A stretch of 64,000 bases of DNA from Bacteroidales bacterium (GCA_050953245.1 JBMNMG010000006.1:2821-66820), one strand, 5' to 3'. Shown: positions 32,377-41,644, numbered from the stretch's first letter. Numbers and translations: made by a program. The notes: generated by a model from the sequence alone, not told the origin.

Positions 32377-33159
32377 TTATGAAGAAGTAATAATGTTATT
32401 GTCTAATAAAGCTTCAATAATAGGATTAAAGATGTCAGTTTCAAAAGTTTTTCTGCTGGAGAAATGCCAACAGTCTAAATATGGATAACTTTTGCCTGAA
32501 GGAGTATGTAGATATTGAAAACACACATCCTTTCCATTGTACATCTTTTGAGAACTAAAAGTACCTAAATATTTCATTCTTTCTCCATGATTCATTCCTA
32601 TAATGATGCCTGGTGATAGTAAGTCTATCTCTTTTGCAAAGAAATTTACTTGGGATTTGCTACTGGCTTCTAAAAATGTTTGTATAAGATCATTGTCAGC
32701 AGGCCATTCACCACTTTCATTTGAAAATTTTGATAAGTTCATAAAAGCATTGCTTATACCATTCGGTTGGGCAAATTCTGAAATAAAGTCACTGGCATAT
32801 GGAATATTATTCCACTTATATTCGCCATGCTCAATAGCATAAGTTATATAAAGCATAGTATAATGAAACTTATACCGGTTTAAAGTTATACCTCCTATAT
32901 TATCTTCTAAGTAAGCTTCATATAAAAGCTCCATGTAGTTAGCTCCACCAATCTCTAATGCTTCCCGTCCAATAAACAATATCTTTCTTTTTTGATAGGT
33001 ATAGTATGGATAAAATCCATCCTTTACAAATAATTGTTGAACATCGAACGGTTTATCTTTGAATTGTAATTTCAAAAATGATAACCATTCATCGTTTAAT
33101 TTTTCAATCTGATGTTTTAAATTTTGCTCAGACTCCGGATAAATTAATTGTTTTTTCAT
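32377..33159 (-). CDS. Uracil-DNA-glycosylase-superfamily-like protein
   Basis: KILFIGRE (motif A-like), AFMNLSK, EIDLLSPGIIIG, WHFSSR (HPS-like). Confidence 0.6.
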   Translation of the reverse strand: MKKQLIYPESEQNLKHQIEKLNDEWLSFLKLQFKDKPFDVQQLFVKDGFYPYYTYQKRKILFIGREALEIGGANYMELLYEAYLEDNIGGITLNRYKFHYTMLYITYAIEHGEYKWNNIPYASDFISEFAQPNGISNAFMNLSKFSNESGEWPADNDLIQTFLEASSKSQVNFFAKEIDLLSPGIIIGMNHGERMKYLGTFSSQKMYNGKDVCFQYLHTPSGKSYPYLDCWHFSSRKTFETDIFNPIIEALLDNNIITSS

Positions 33160-33255
33160 TGTTTTAGTATTTTAATGTTAATATTTAGTTTCTAATCTTT
33201 TAAAACGTTAATAAAAAGTTGTCTTTTACAACCAAATTTATTTTCAATGCTAAAT

Positions 33256-33813
33256 TTAGCTATATTCGTATTTTCTTTCAGTGATTAGACCAATGGTTCC
33301 ATCAGCATTGAAGTATGTATAACGTATCCAATTTCCTTGGTTGTCATACTTATACTCGCGTTTACATTCAAGTGTACCCTCTAACTTATAAAAATTTTTT
33401 TCTATTAAATTTTCTTTATTATCGTACACATTTTTCTTATAAAGTGTCCCATTCGAATTATATACTCTTTCTTCTACTAACTTCCCTTTATTATTGTAAG
33501 TATATTCGTGTTTATAAAGCAACGAAGGTGGGCCATATACACCATAATCCCATTCTTCTACTAACCTCCCTTCATTATTGTATATGTATTTTGTATGAAC
33601 CCAGGGTGATCCAAGTTCAAACGAAAAGAATTCATCTACTATATTACCTTTATTATCGTACAAATTTTTTTCAATAAGTGTTGTTCCCCACCAATACCTC
33701 ATATCTTTTACTAAAATTCCTTTGTTATTGTACGTATATATAGTTTTTTCCTCAAGTGATCCATCTGGGTAAAAATCGCTTTCTTCTATTAATTTTCCTT
33801 TATTTTTAACCAT
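33256..33813 (-). CDS. YD-like repeat protein unit B (no signal peptide)
   Basis: Repeats YNNKGxLVEE; C-terminal cap YKYDNQGNWIRY...TERKYEY. Confidence 0.7.
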   Translation of the reverse strand: MVKNKGKLIEESDFYPDGSLEEKTIYTYNNKGILVKDMRYWWGTTLIEKNLYDNKGNIVDEFFSFELGSPWVHTKYIYNNEGRLVEEWDYGVYGPPSLLYKHEYTYNNKGKLVEERVYNSNGTLYKKNVYDNKENLIEKNFYKLEGTLECKREYKYDNQGNWIRYTYFNADGTIGLITERKYEYS

Positions 33814-33901
33814 TGCCTTTTGTTTTTTAATATTTTGAATTTATACTATTATTAATTTTTATTTTTAAGATACCATCTTCACTGAATACAATATTCAATA
33901 A

Positions 33902-34927
33902 TCAATCACCTTGATTGTCATATTTATTTTTATATCTACGATAAATTGATCCATCTGAATAATAGTGGCTTTCTTCTACCATTTTCCCTTTATTACTATA
34001 CTCATATTTCACTCTTGTGCCTTCAGATTCTTTTAAATTATACTTGAATTTTTCCACTAACTTTCCATTATTATTGTATATTTTTAGAAGAATGATTGTT
34101 CCGTATAAATCATAACTTAATTCTCCGATTACATTTCCTTTATTATCGTACACACTTTTCTCAATAAGTGATCCGTCCTTATCATACACACTTTTTTCTA
34201 CTAACTTTCCTTTATTATTGTACACAAATTTCTCTTTATTCGCAAGTGATCCATCCGAATCAAACCTGCTTATTTTTAATAAATTTCTTTTATTATCATA
34301 CGTTTTACTAAAATTAAGTGTTCCATCAGAATCGAAGTGATTTTCTTTTATTAAATTCCCTTCATTATCATATACATATTTCTCTTCATAAAAAAGTACT
34401 CCCTCTGAATCGTAAACGCTTTTTCCCAGTAATTTTCCTTCATCATCGTAAGTATGTAGTTTTTGATTATTAAGTGTACCATCCGGACCGTACTCTCTTT
34501 CTTCCAGTAATTGCCCGTTATCGTCGTACGTATATTTCTCTTGATACCAAAGAGATCCATCTGAATAATAATAACCTGTTCCTAGTAATTTTCCGTTATC
34601 GTCGTACTCATATTTTTCTTTATAAGCAAATGATCTATCTAAATCATATTTGCATTCTTCTAATAAATTTCCTTTGTTGTAATTCATGGCTTTTGTTTTT
34701 AGAGTTTTTCTTAAATTATTTAATTCTTATATATTAATATTTTTTCTCATTTTACTATTTCTCCAATCCTTGTTTTTGCTACATATACATTTTGTGTGTA
34801 GGTTTTACTTTGCCTTTTAGGCTTTATTCTTGGGTGTCATTTTACTCCTTATTTGTGTAACAATTCATAGAAAGAGTAATAACTATTAAGATTGACAAGG
34901 TAACAAGCAAATAGTATCTTTTTTCAT
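33902..34927 (-). pseudogene. YD-like repeat protein unit A; decayed leader, repeat ORF 33902-34687 open
   Basis: ATG 34927 MKKIL, then broken frames LLVTLSILIVITLSMNC, NDTQE*SLKGKVK, YTQNVY...GEIVK*; about 10 repeats follow; TGA stands where unit B has TGG in the cap. Confidence 0.75.
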
Positions 34928-34968
34928 AGTTGTATTAAAATTATATTGTTAGTAATATCATTTCAATA

Positions 34969-35008
34969 CAAAGATATATCTAGCATATGCAGAACAGGGG
35001 CATATGTT
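34969..35008 (-). promoter_or_regulatory. -7 promoter (TATCTTTG) with CATATG-N11-CATATG box
   Basis: Box at 34984-35006, 7 bp from the -7 element at 34969-34976; matches the site upstream of the WYL gene. Confidence 0.7.
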
Positions 35009-35046
35009 AAATAATTTTTCTAAAATAATTTTCTGCTGGTGATTTT

Positions 35047-35559
35047 TTATACGATAGGATCTATGCAATAGTTTCTTCGCATACATTTTTTACAATGACG
35101 ACCTATCCACACTTCATCAAAATGATTCATTGCTCCATTTACAATTTCAGGTTCGTCGGTCAAAATGCCTGCTTCAAAATTACGTCTATTTTCACTTTTC
35201 ATTCCAATTCCGGCACCAGTAAGGTTTGCACTGCCGATGTATACTTCCTTACAGTCAAAAATAAGCATCTTAAAATGAACGCGTACACAAAGCAATCGTT
35301 CTAAACTGTCGAAGAGAACAGGGTATCGGTCAAAGTCTTTTCGAAAGGTAGGACCCGGCTCCTTTGCGTGAATTAGTCGAACTTCCACACCACGCTGAGC
35401 AAGCTGGGCAATGATGGCAAGAAAAGGCTTTTTCTCTTTGCCAAAATCTACATATAGGTCTTTTATGTCGGCTGTGCCTATCCAAAGTGTTCGTTTTACG
35501 GTCTTAACCCGTGACAGAACTTCCTTGTAATGATCTATGTCGGAGATATATTTCAGCAT
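35047..35559 (-). CDS. Single-domain phospholipase D family protein (Nuc-like nuclease)
   Basis: HxK(x4)D(x6)GSxN motif: HFKMLIFDCKEVYIGSANLT; NFEAGI; C-terminal CxxC...C. Confidence 0.85.
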   Translation of the reverse strand: MLKYISDIDHYKEVLSRVKTVKRTLWIGTADIKDLYVDFGKEKKPFLAIIAQLAQRGVEVRLIHAKEPGPTFRKDFDRYPVLFDSLERLLCVRVHFKMLIFDCKEVYIGSANLTGAGIGMKSENRRNFEAGILTDEPEIVNGAMNHFDEVWIGRHCKKCMRRNYCIDPIV

Positions 35560-35773
35560 ATTATTTTTTTATCAAAAATTAAGTTTGACTAATTGATGAA
35601 ACTAATATTTTTAAGGTCAACTCAATATTTGTTTTTAACGAGTTGATTGTGAGGGAGTACTGTATAGAAGTCTACAAAATTTTCTTCCCATTAATATTCC
35701 AAATTTTATCGAGTATTTTGTTATAACTTCTGACGTACTTATTGCATCTGCTGCTGACGTATGGATATGTCAG

Positions 35774-36265
35774 TTATAGTATTTTTCTTGCAATCCATGC
35801 ACATGCTTCTGCATCGGCAAGAGCATGATGATGATTTTTTAAATGATAGCCACAAGCTGCTGCCACTGTTTGAAGTTGATGATTTTCCAATTCAGGAAGA
35901 ACTTTGCGGGCAGCACGGAGGGTATCGTAAAATTCGTATTCGGGATAATACATCCGATAAACGCTGAAAACAGCCCTTAAGCAACTTTCGTCAAATGATT
36001 TGTTGTGAGCTACAAGTGGTAATTTCCATATCAATGGTTCTACTTTTTGCCATACTTCGGGAAAAATAGGACCATTGATGGTGTCGTAGTAATCCATGCC
36101 ATGTACCTGCGTACACCTATAATAATAGTAATTTGGCACGGGTCGAATTGGTGAGTAAAAATAATCTACAATTTTTCCTTCACGTACTATAACGATGCCT
36201 ACTGAGCATACGGATGAACGATTATAGTTAGCTGTTTCAAAATCTATTGCTGCAAAATTTTCCAT
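35774..36265 (-). CDS. DEDDh 3'-5' exonuclease (DnaQ-like)
   Basis: AIDFET, AHNKSFD, DTL, HHALADA. Confidence 0.92.
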   Translation of the reverse strand: MENFAAIDFETANYNRSSVCSVGIVIVREGKIVDYFYSPIRPVPNYYYYRCTQVHGMDYYDTINGPIFPEVWQKVEPLIWKLPLVAHNKSFDESCLRAVFSVYRMYYPEYEFYDTLRAARKVLPELENHQLQTVAAACGYHLKNHHHALADAEACAWIARKIL

Positions 36266-36266
36266 T

Positions 36267-37172
36267 TTATTCTTTATATTTATTCCACATACGTTTAACT
36301 ATTCCTGCAATTGTCTCTCTTAGCCAAGCAGGCTCTAACACTTCTATGTCTTCTCCGTTCGAGAGAATCTCTTGATAAAAATCGAATTGGGGACAGATAC
36401 GAAGCGAAAAAATGCTGTATTCATCATTCCGCTCTATTTCTTTTTGTGTGTCGTGGAGCGGAAGAGATCGAAGATAATTGGCCTGATCTGCCGACACTTT
36501 CAGTTTTACGGTTTCTAATTTACTATCTGAATTAACAATAATACCATAGTAGTTGTAGAAGAAACTTTCTGCGTCAAAATCCTCAGGTATATTAAATGTT
36601 TCACCGTCGAGCTTCTGAATATTACTGATGCGGTCGAGGGCGTAGATCATCATCTTATTGTAATATGGATTGAAAGTTGGCATATACCAGCGTTGTTTAA
36701 ACAACTTTATGCAGTATGGATGAACTGTAAATGTGTAGTTATCTTCCTTCCAGTAACTTTGATATGTAATGCTGATTTGAGTATTTGTTTTCATCGCATC
36801 AAGAGTAGTTACCAGATTGTTATGTCCGGATGGAATATCTTCAAGCAAGATCCTGTTTTTGAGTGACTGATTGTCCAAAAGTAAATTGCTTACGGATACT
36901 GAATTCAGGATCCAGTTACGAATACTGTTACGCTTTAACTCTTCGGGGTTCTCGATGTAGTAATGATACCCGCCTTTGCGTTCACATTCGATATTTAGAT
37001 TGAACATTTCCTCTGCTGCAATTCTCCATTTATGGAAAGTGCGCGGTGGTATAGGTTGATTATCCATACCTTGTTCAAGCCACTTTTCGTTGATTTCATC
37101 AAGCGTGATGCGACCTGCCTTATATATGGTTTCAACTAACCAAACGTATTTATTAATAAGATTTATAGCCAT
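36267..37172 (-). CDS. WYL-domain transcriptional regulator (wHTH-WYL-WCX)
   Basis: KYVWLVETI...PRTFHKWR HTH; HPYCIKLFKQRWYM, YALDRI; YLRSLPLHDTQ, EVLEPAWLRE. Confidence 0.92.
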   Translation of the reverse strand: MAINLINKYVWLVETIYKAGRITLDEINEKWLEQGMDNQPIPPRTFHKWRIAAEEMFNLNIECERKGGYHYYIENPEELKRNSIRNWILNSVSVSNLLLDNQSLKNRILLEDIPSGHNNLVTTLDAMKTNTQISITYQSYWKEDNYTFTVHPYCIKLFKQRWYMPTFNPYYNKMMIYALDRISNIQKLDGETFNIPEDFDAESFFYNYYGIIVNSDSKLETVKLKVSADQANYLRSLPLHDTQKEIERNDEYSIFSLRICPQFDFYQEILSNGEDIEVLEPAWLRETIAGIVKRMWNKYKE

Positions 37173-37189
37173 ATCTTTTAAGTTTTATG

Positions 37190-37229
37190 CAAATATAATA
37201 CTAACATATGTAATATTGGGGCGTATGTT
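37190..37229 (-). promoter_or_regulatory. -7 promoter (TATATTTG) with CATATG-N11-CGTATG box; putative WYL autoregulatory site
   Basis: Box at 37205-37227, 7 bp from the -7 element at 37190-37197. Confidence 0.7.
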
Positions 37230-37375
37230 TTGATTTTTTTATTTTTTATTGAATTTTAGAATTCATGTACTCAATAATGCTGCTTTATTTCAGCAAAAGG
37301 ATTGAAATAATCAGAAAGAAATCATTGCGAAGTTCCATTGCAGAATTCCATTAAACTTGCAAAATAGGTACAAAA

Positions 37376-38650
37376 TTATTTTTTGTATTTGGCAGACTTC
37401 TTAGTTATAATAGAACTAAATGTTGGCTTGTTAAAGTCTATTAAACTATTAAATATTAAAGGGATACAAATGAAAGTTACCATAAGCGAGCGATATGTAT
37501 ACCAAAAATGTATATATGAATGGTTAGCTAATACAAAATACCAAACCAAAGGTATAAGTCCTATTAATACATACATTAATGATGTTTTTAGTCCTTTTTT
37601 GTTAAAGTATAATGTTGCAATTATTATTACAAAAATAGTTACAATTAATATATAGTTAGAATCAAACAATTCTAAATTTATTTTAATAGCATCAATTCTA
37701 CTAAAATCATTATTAACACTTCCGCTTGATCTTATTAAGACACTATTAAATCCATTTTTAATAGCATTATATGATGTAAATATATTTGTTATTACCCATT
37801 TACTAAACCAAGTAAAAGCATATCCCATTGCCCATAGTATAGATGAGGAAAAAATTTTTTTTATTCCTAAAAAAATTGGTTCATCATTTTGTTTGTTTTG
37901 ATTTACCATAAAATAAACAATAAGTGGAATGCATAATGTAAGAATTGGTGTAGTAAGCAAATCAAAATAAGAAGTTAAAGAACCAAAAATGAAAAACAAA
38001 AGCAATATTTGTTTATGGTTTTCAGTAGGTTTACATAAAAATATTGAAAAAATTAATGTTAACATTAATACAGGGAAAAACTGTATGGAAAATTGACTTA
38101 TAAATATATTTGTCGAAAAAAATCCTAAGAAAAACAATAATGTTGAGAGTAGATTAGTCCTTTGATATAATTTTGCACCTAAGAAAATAATCATTAATGA
38201 TGATATTAAATAAAGAAGTACCCTAATCTTATCGTAATTACCAATTAACAATAGATATCTTACTAAAAACGTATTTCCGTGCCAATATCGAGGATAGTAC
38301 AATATGGGTTCAAAATCTTGTTCTGTAACTAAATATTGTAACGATAATGTTGAAGACATATTGTGTTTTGTAGAACGAGGAACTAATAGCACCGATTCTA
38401 TTAAGTTTTTCCTATCAGAATTATAAGCTTGATTTAAAATTAATGCATCGGTAAAATTATCTAATCGAAATTTGTGGTCGTTAATAATTACTCTAGGATA
38501 TTCTTTTGCCTCCACTAATGTTTCAACAGAATTAGCAATGTTTTTTCTGATAATTTTATTGGGAAGCATGCATGAAAAAATTGCAAACAATAAGTAAGAT
38601 CCTATTAATATAAAAAAAACATAAATATATTTTAAGAAAGTTTTTTTCAT
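37376..38650 (-). CDS. Multi-TM protein, probable GT-C/GtrC-like glycosyltransferase
   Basis: DNFTD, YPRYWHG, YFDLLTTP, NHSYIHFWYTYR; downstream of a GtrB-like gene. Confidence 0.6.
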   Translation of the reverse strand: MKKTFLKYIYVFFILIGSYLLFAIFSCMLPNKIIRKNIANSVETLVEAKEYPRVIINDHKFRLDNFTDALILNQAYNSDRKNLIESVLLVPRSTKHNMSSTLSLQYLVTEQDFEPILYYPRYWHGNTFLVRYLLLIGNYDKIRVLLYLISSLMIIFLGAKLYQRTNLLSTLLFFLGFFSTNIFISQFSIQFFPVLMLTLIFSIFLCKPTENHKQILLLFFIFGSLTSYFDLLTTPILTLCIPLIVYFMVNQNKQNDEPIFLGIKKIFSSSILWAMGYAFTWFSKWVITNIFTSYNAIKNGFNSVLIRSSGSVNNDFSRIDAIKINLELFDSNYILIVTIFVIIIATLYFNKKGLKTSLMYVLIGLIPLVWYFVLANHSYIHFWYTYRSLMVTFICIPLIFNSLIDFNKPTFSSIITKKSAKYKK

Positions 38651-38668
38651 GTTATATAGTAATTTTGT

Positions 38669-39592
38669 TTAATTGTTTTTAATATCGAAATCAATAACCT
38701 TTAGCTCGAAGTTTTTTCTATCAATAGATACTAAAACATCTAAAAATAAACCTGTAAAAAATGATATTAAGGCTGCTAATGCTAAAAATAATGACACAAA
38801 AAGTGTAGGGAAACGAGGCACTAAGCCTGTGTTAAAATAATCTATTAAAATAGGAATAAATAATATTATTGAGACGATAAATAAAAGTAAGGCAAAATAT
38901 CCAAAAAATATTAATGGACGATATGTTTTAAATAACTTAAAGATGGTGTTTAATACTTTAAAGCCATCTGAAAAGGTATTTAATTTAGATTCACTTCCAT
39001 CTGGTCTGTCTTGGTATTCTATAGGAACTTCTACGATAGTAAATCTTTTGTCTAAAGCATGAATCGTCATTTCAGTTTCTATTTCAAAATTTGGTGACAT
39101 AACAGGAAATAATTTAACAAAACGTTTACTAAATGCTCTATAACCTGTCATTATATCATGGATATCTGTTTCCCAAAAATTCCGAATTAATCCTCTAACC
39201 AATTTATTCCCGCTATTATGAAACGGTCTTTTGTTTTCATCAAAATATGTAGATGATAATCTATCTCCAATAACCATGTCTGCATCTTCTTGAATGAGTT
39301 TATTTACAAGTTCCGGAGCATGTTTTGCGGGGTAAGTGTCATCACCATCTATCATAAGATAACAATCAGCATTTATTTCCCTAAACATCCGTCTTATAAC
39401 ATTACCTTTTCCTTGTTTTCGTTCATAACGAACTATAGCACCGGCTTCTTTAGCAATCCGAGATGTTTCGTCAGTTGAATTATTATCATAAACATAAATA
39501 TCTGCTAAAGGTAAAACTTCTTTAAAATCTTTTACTACTTTTGATATGGTTTGAGCTTCATTATAACAAGGAATAAGTACTGCTATTTTCAT
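38669..39592 (-). CDS. GT2 bactoprenol glycosyltransferase (GtrB/DPM1-like)
   Basis: IPCYNEA, DNNSTD, QGKG, DGDDTY, DIMTGYRAF, two C-terminal TMs. Confidence 0.88.
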   Translation of the reverse strand: MKIAVLIPCYNEAQTISKVVKDFKEVLPLADIYVYDNNSTDETSRIAKEAGAIVRYERKQGKGNVIRRMFREINADCYLMIDGDDTYPAKHAPELVNKLIQEDADMVIGDRLSSTYFDENKRPFHNSGNKLVRGLIRNFWETDIHDIMTGYRAFSKRFVKLFPVMSPNFEIETEMTIHALDKRFTIVEVPIEYQDRPDGSESKLNTFSDGFKVLNTIFKLFKTYRPLIFFGYFALLLFIVSIILFIPILIDYFNTGLVPRFPTLFVSLFLALAALISFFTGLFLDVLVSIDRKNFELKVIDFDIKNN

Positions 39593-39683
39593 AAATATTA
39601 ATAATTAATGAGTTTTTTGCAAAGATAGTTTTTAATTTTGATTTGTCAAAAACATTAGGAAAAGATTTTCAGGTATATTATAT

Positions 39684-39711
39684 AAAACTCCTATATATTT
39701 ATAGGAGTTTT
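39684..39711 (-). terminator. Terminator after the GH110 gene
   Basis: AAAACTCCTATA/TATAGGAGTTTT stem. Confidence 0.7.
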
Positions 39712-41622
39712 TTATTTAAGAGTTATAGTTATCTTTTCAGAGTTTTCTATATAAATATCCTCATACATTTCATCATCAAAATGATTGTCTTCAATAGATA
39801 CATTTTTCACTCTTTCGAAATAAAATTTATTGTTATTCCAATGAAACGGTAAAAAATCATCATTATGAATAATAGTATTGCCTCTAAATATCAAATTGGA
39901 AACGGATTTAGCATAAAGAATAGGACAATCAAAGGTGTTGAATAAATTATCTTCAATAATGATATTAGAGTGAAAATATGTTTTTTGATTATCTAAATCG
40001 AGAATTTCGGGATATATGGAAATAATTGCATTTGTAAATTGATAGTTGGTTGTTAGTGCATTAATAAAAGTATTGTTTTTTATTATTACGTTTTTACAAG
40101 CTCCAGTTTCGTACCAACCGTTACAATCGCCGCATAATAATATTGCAGTTCCGTGTGTATGGTCAAAAGTATTATTCATGCAGATTACAGTTTTGGGAGT
40201 ACTAAATAATGCACCTCTGGCTCTATTGTTTTTAATAATATTGTTTGTAAAAATAACTTTAGGTGTCCATGTCAGATTTTCAATACCTATATTTTCCGTA
40301 TCCAAATTAAAAGGTAAGTTCTCATTAAATGAAATTTTAAAAATTTTTACTCCATTTAATGAAGAAGTGTCGTATGGAATAATGGATTTAATAGTAGTTG
40401 TAAAAGTTGTACTATCATTTTTTTGAATTAAATCCATCGTTTTAGAATAAATAAACTGTACAGTATCATTTACATCGCCCCATTTAAAATCGTAAGTTTG
40501 ATAATGCATATACCCTGCTAAAACAGTGTTTGAGTTAACTTGTTCAAGTATTTTTAAATAAGTTCCGTGTACGTTTATTGCATCGTCAGCCATATTTTCA
40601 TAAGAACCGTTCTCGGATAGAATTGTACCTTTGCAACCCGAAAAATGTGTGGCATCTGCTTGTGTCGTAAAATAACGCGGATCAGATTTATCCTTGAACC
40701 CAACTTTAAAGTTGTTTAAAGTAATATTCTCACTCATTTGGGCAATTAATCCCATACCTTCTGCATAATGAATGTTGATGTCCTTAAAAGTTGTATTTAA
40801 ACATTCACTTACAAAAATGGCAGGAGTTGGCCTGTAATATGTTCTTAGCACAAAACGTTCAAACTCTGATGTTTCATTTATTTGAGACCAATTGGATATT
40901 TTAAGAATATTATCTTTTATTTCTTCAATTGTTTGCGGATTGAATTCTATATCTCGTCGTTTGTAAGTTAGATGTTTGTTTTCAGAGAATGCCATGCAAA
41001 CATATGGAGTAATGTCAAAATTTTCACCGTGGAAAATTAATTTATTATTACTAACTGTATAGTTATTAGGTGGAAATATTTCAGCTATAATCTCCGAATT
41101 GTCCTTTTTCTCTATGATATTTATCTGTCTTAGTGCAGGAATTGCAGCATCAATGGAAAAGTTCTTCAACTCGATATTCCTGCAATTAACAAGAGAAATC
41201 GGAATCATTCTTCCGTGAAATACAAATTCAGCACCATTTGCATCAATTGTAAGATTATTTAAGTTTTCAAAAGCAAAACAGACATGTCTTTTATCCAAGT
41301 GATCGTGATTAGAGATAAAATATTGGCGAATAAAAGTCGAATCTAAATAATAGTCGTATTTCACACTATCAAAAACAATAGTAAGATTGGAAGTGTCAGC
41401 TCTTTGATGTAAGTAATCAATTAATCTTCGTGCAGCAATACTGAAATTTATTTGTGTTGAAGGTTTTCCGTTTTCAATAATTCTAATAGTATCGCTTTCG
41501 CAAACAAAATCAGAAAACTTAAGAGTGTTTTTGTTAGGATGGCAACCAAATATTAAAAGGCAAAATAACAAAGTAAACAATAAAAGTATTGTTTTTATAT
41601 GTGGAAATAGCCTTTTCATCAA
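39712..41622 (-). CDS. Alpha-1,3-galactosidase (GH110) lipoprotein
   Basis: Lipobox IFGC; YFISNHD, RPTPAIF, TTQADATHFSGCKG, DDAINVHG, NRARG, GWYETG. Confidence 0.85.
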   Translation of the reverse strand: MMKRLFPHIKTILLLFTLLFCLLIFGCHPNKNTLKFSDFVCESDTIRIIENGKPSTQINFSIAARRLIDYLHQRADTSNLTIVFDSVKYDYYLDSTFIRQYFISNHDHLDKRHVCFAFENLNNLTIDANGAEFVFHGRMIPISLVNCRNIELKNFSIDAAIPALRQINIIEKKDNSEIIAEIFPPNNYTVSNNKLIFHGENFDITPYVCMAFSENKHLTYKRRDIEFNPQTIEEIKDNILKISNWSQINETSEFERFVLRTYYRPTPAIFVSECLNTTFKDINIHYAEGMGLIAQMSENITLNNFKVGFKDKSDPRYFTTQADATHFSGCKGTILSENGSYENMADDAINVHGTYLKILEQVNSNTVLAGYMHYQTYDFKWGDVNDTVQFIYSKTMDLIQKNDSTTFTTTIKSIIPYDTSSLNGVKIFKISFNENLPFNLDTENIGIENLTWTPKVIFTNNIIKNNRARGALFSTPKTVICMNNTFDHTHGTAILLCGDCNGWYETGACKNVIIKNNTFINALTTNYQFTNAIISIYPEILDLDNQKTYFHSNIIIEDNLFNTFDCPILYAKSVSNLIFRGNTIIHNDDFLPFHWNNNKFYFERVKNVSIEDNHFDDEMYEDIYIENSEKITITLK

Positions 41623-41644
41623 AAATTATTTAATACTATGATAA

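Noticed and set aside
33902-34760. TGA recoding (TGA at expected Trp/Gly positions in the repeat units)
   Set aside because: TGA is the normal stop of several intact genes here (19998, 23928, 44684, 61923), and the same regions also contain TAA stops and frameshifts
29673-34927. Diversity-generating retroelement or RHS toxin locus
   Set aside because: No reverse transcriptase in the window, no repeat pair differing only at adenines, and no RHS core (DPxG) motif or toxin/immunity pair
29673-34927. CRISPR-like array
   Set aside because: The repeats are degenerate, keep codon phase and encode protein; there are no identical repeats with unique spacers and no cas genes
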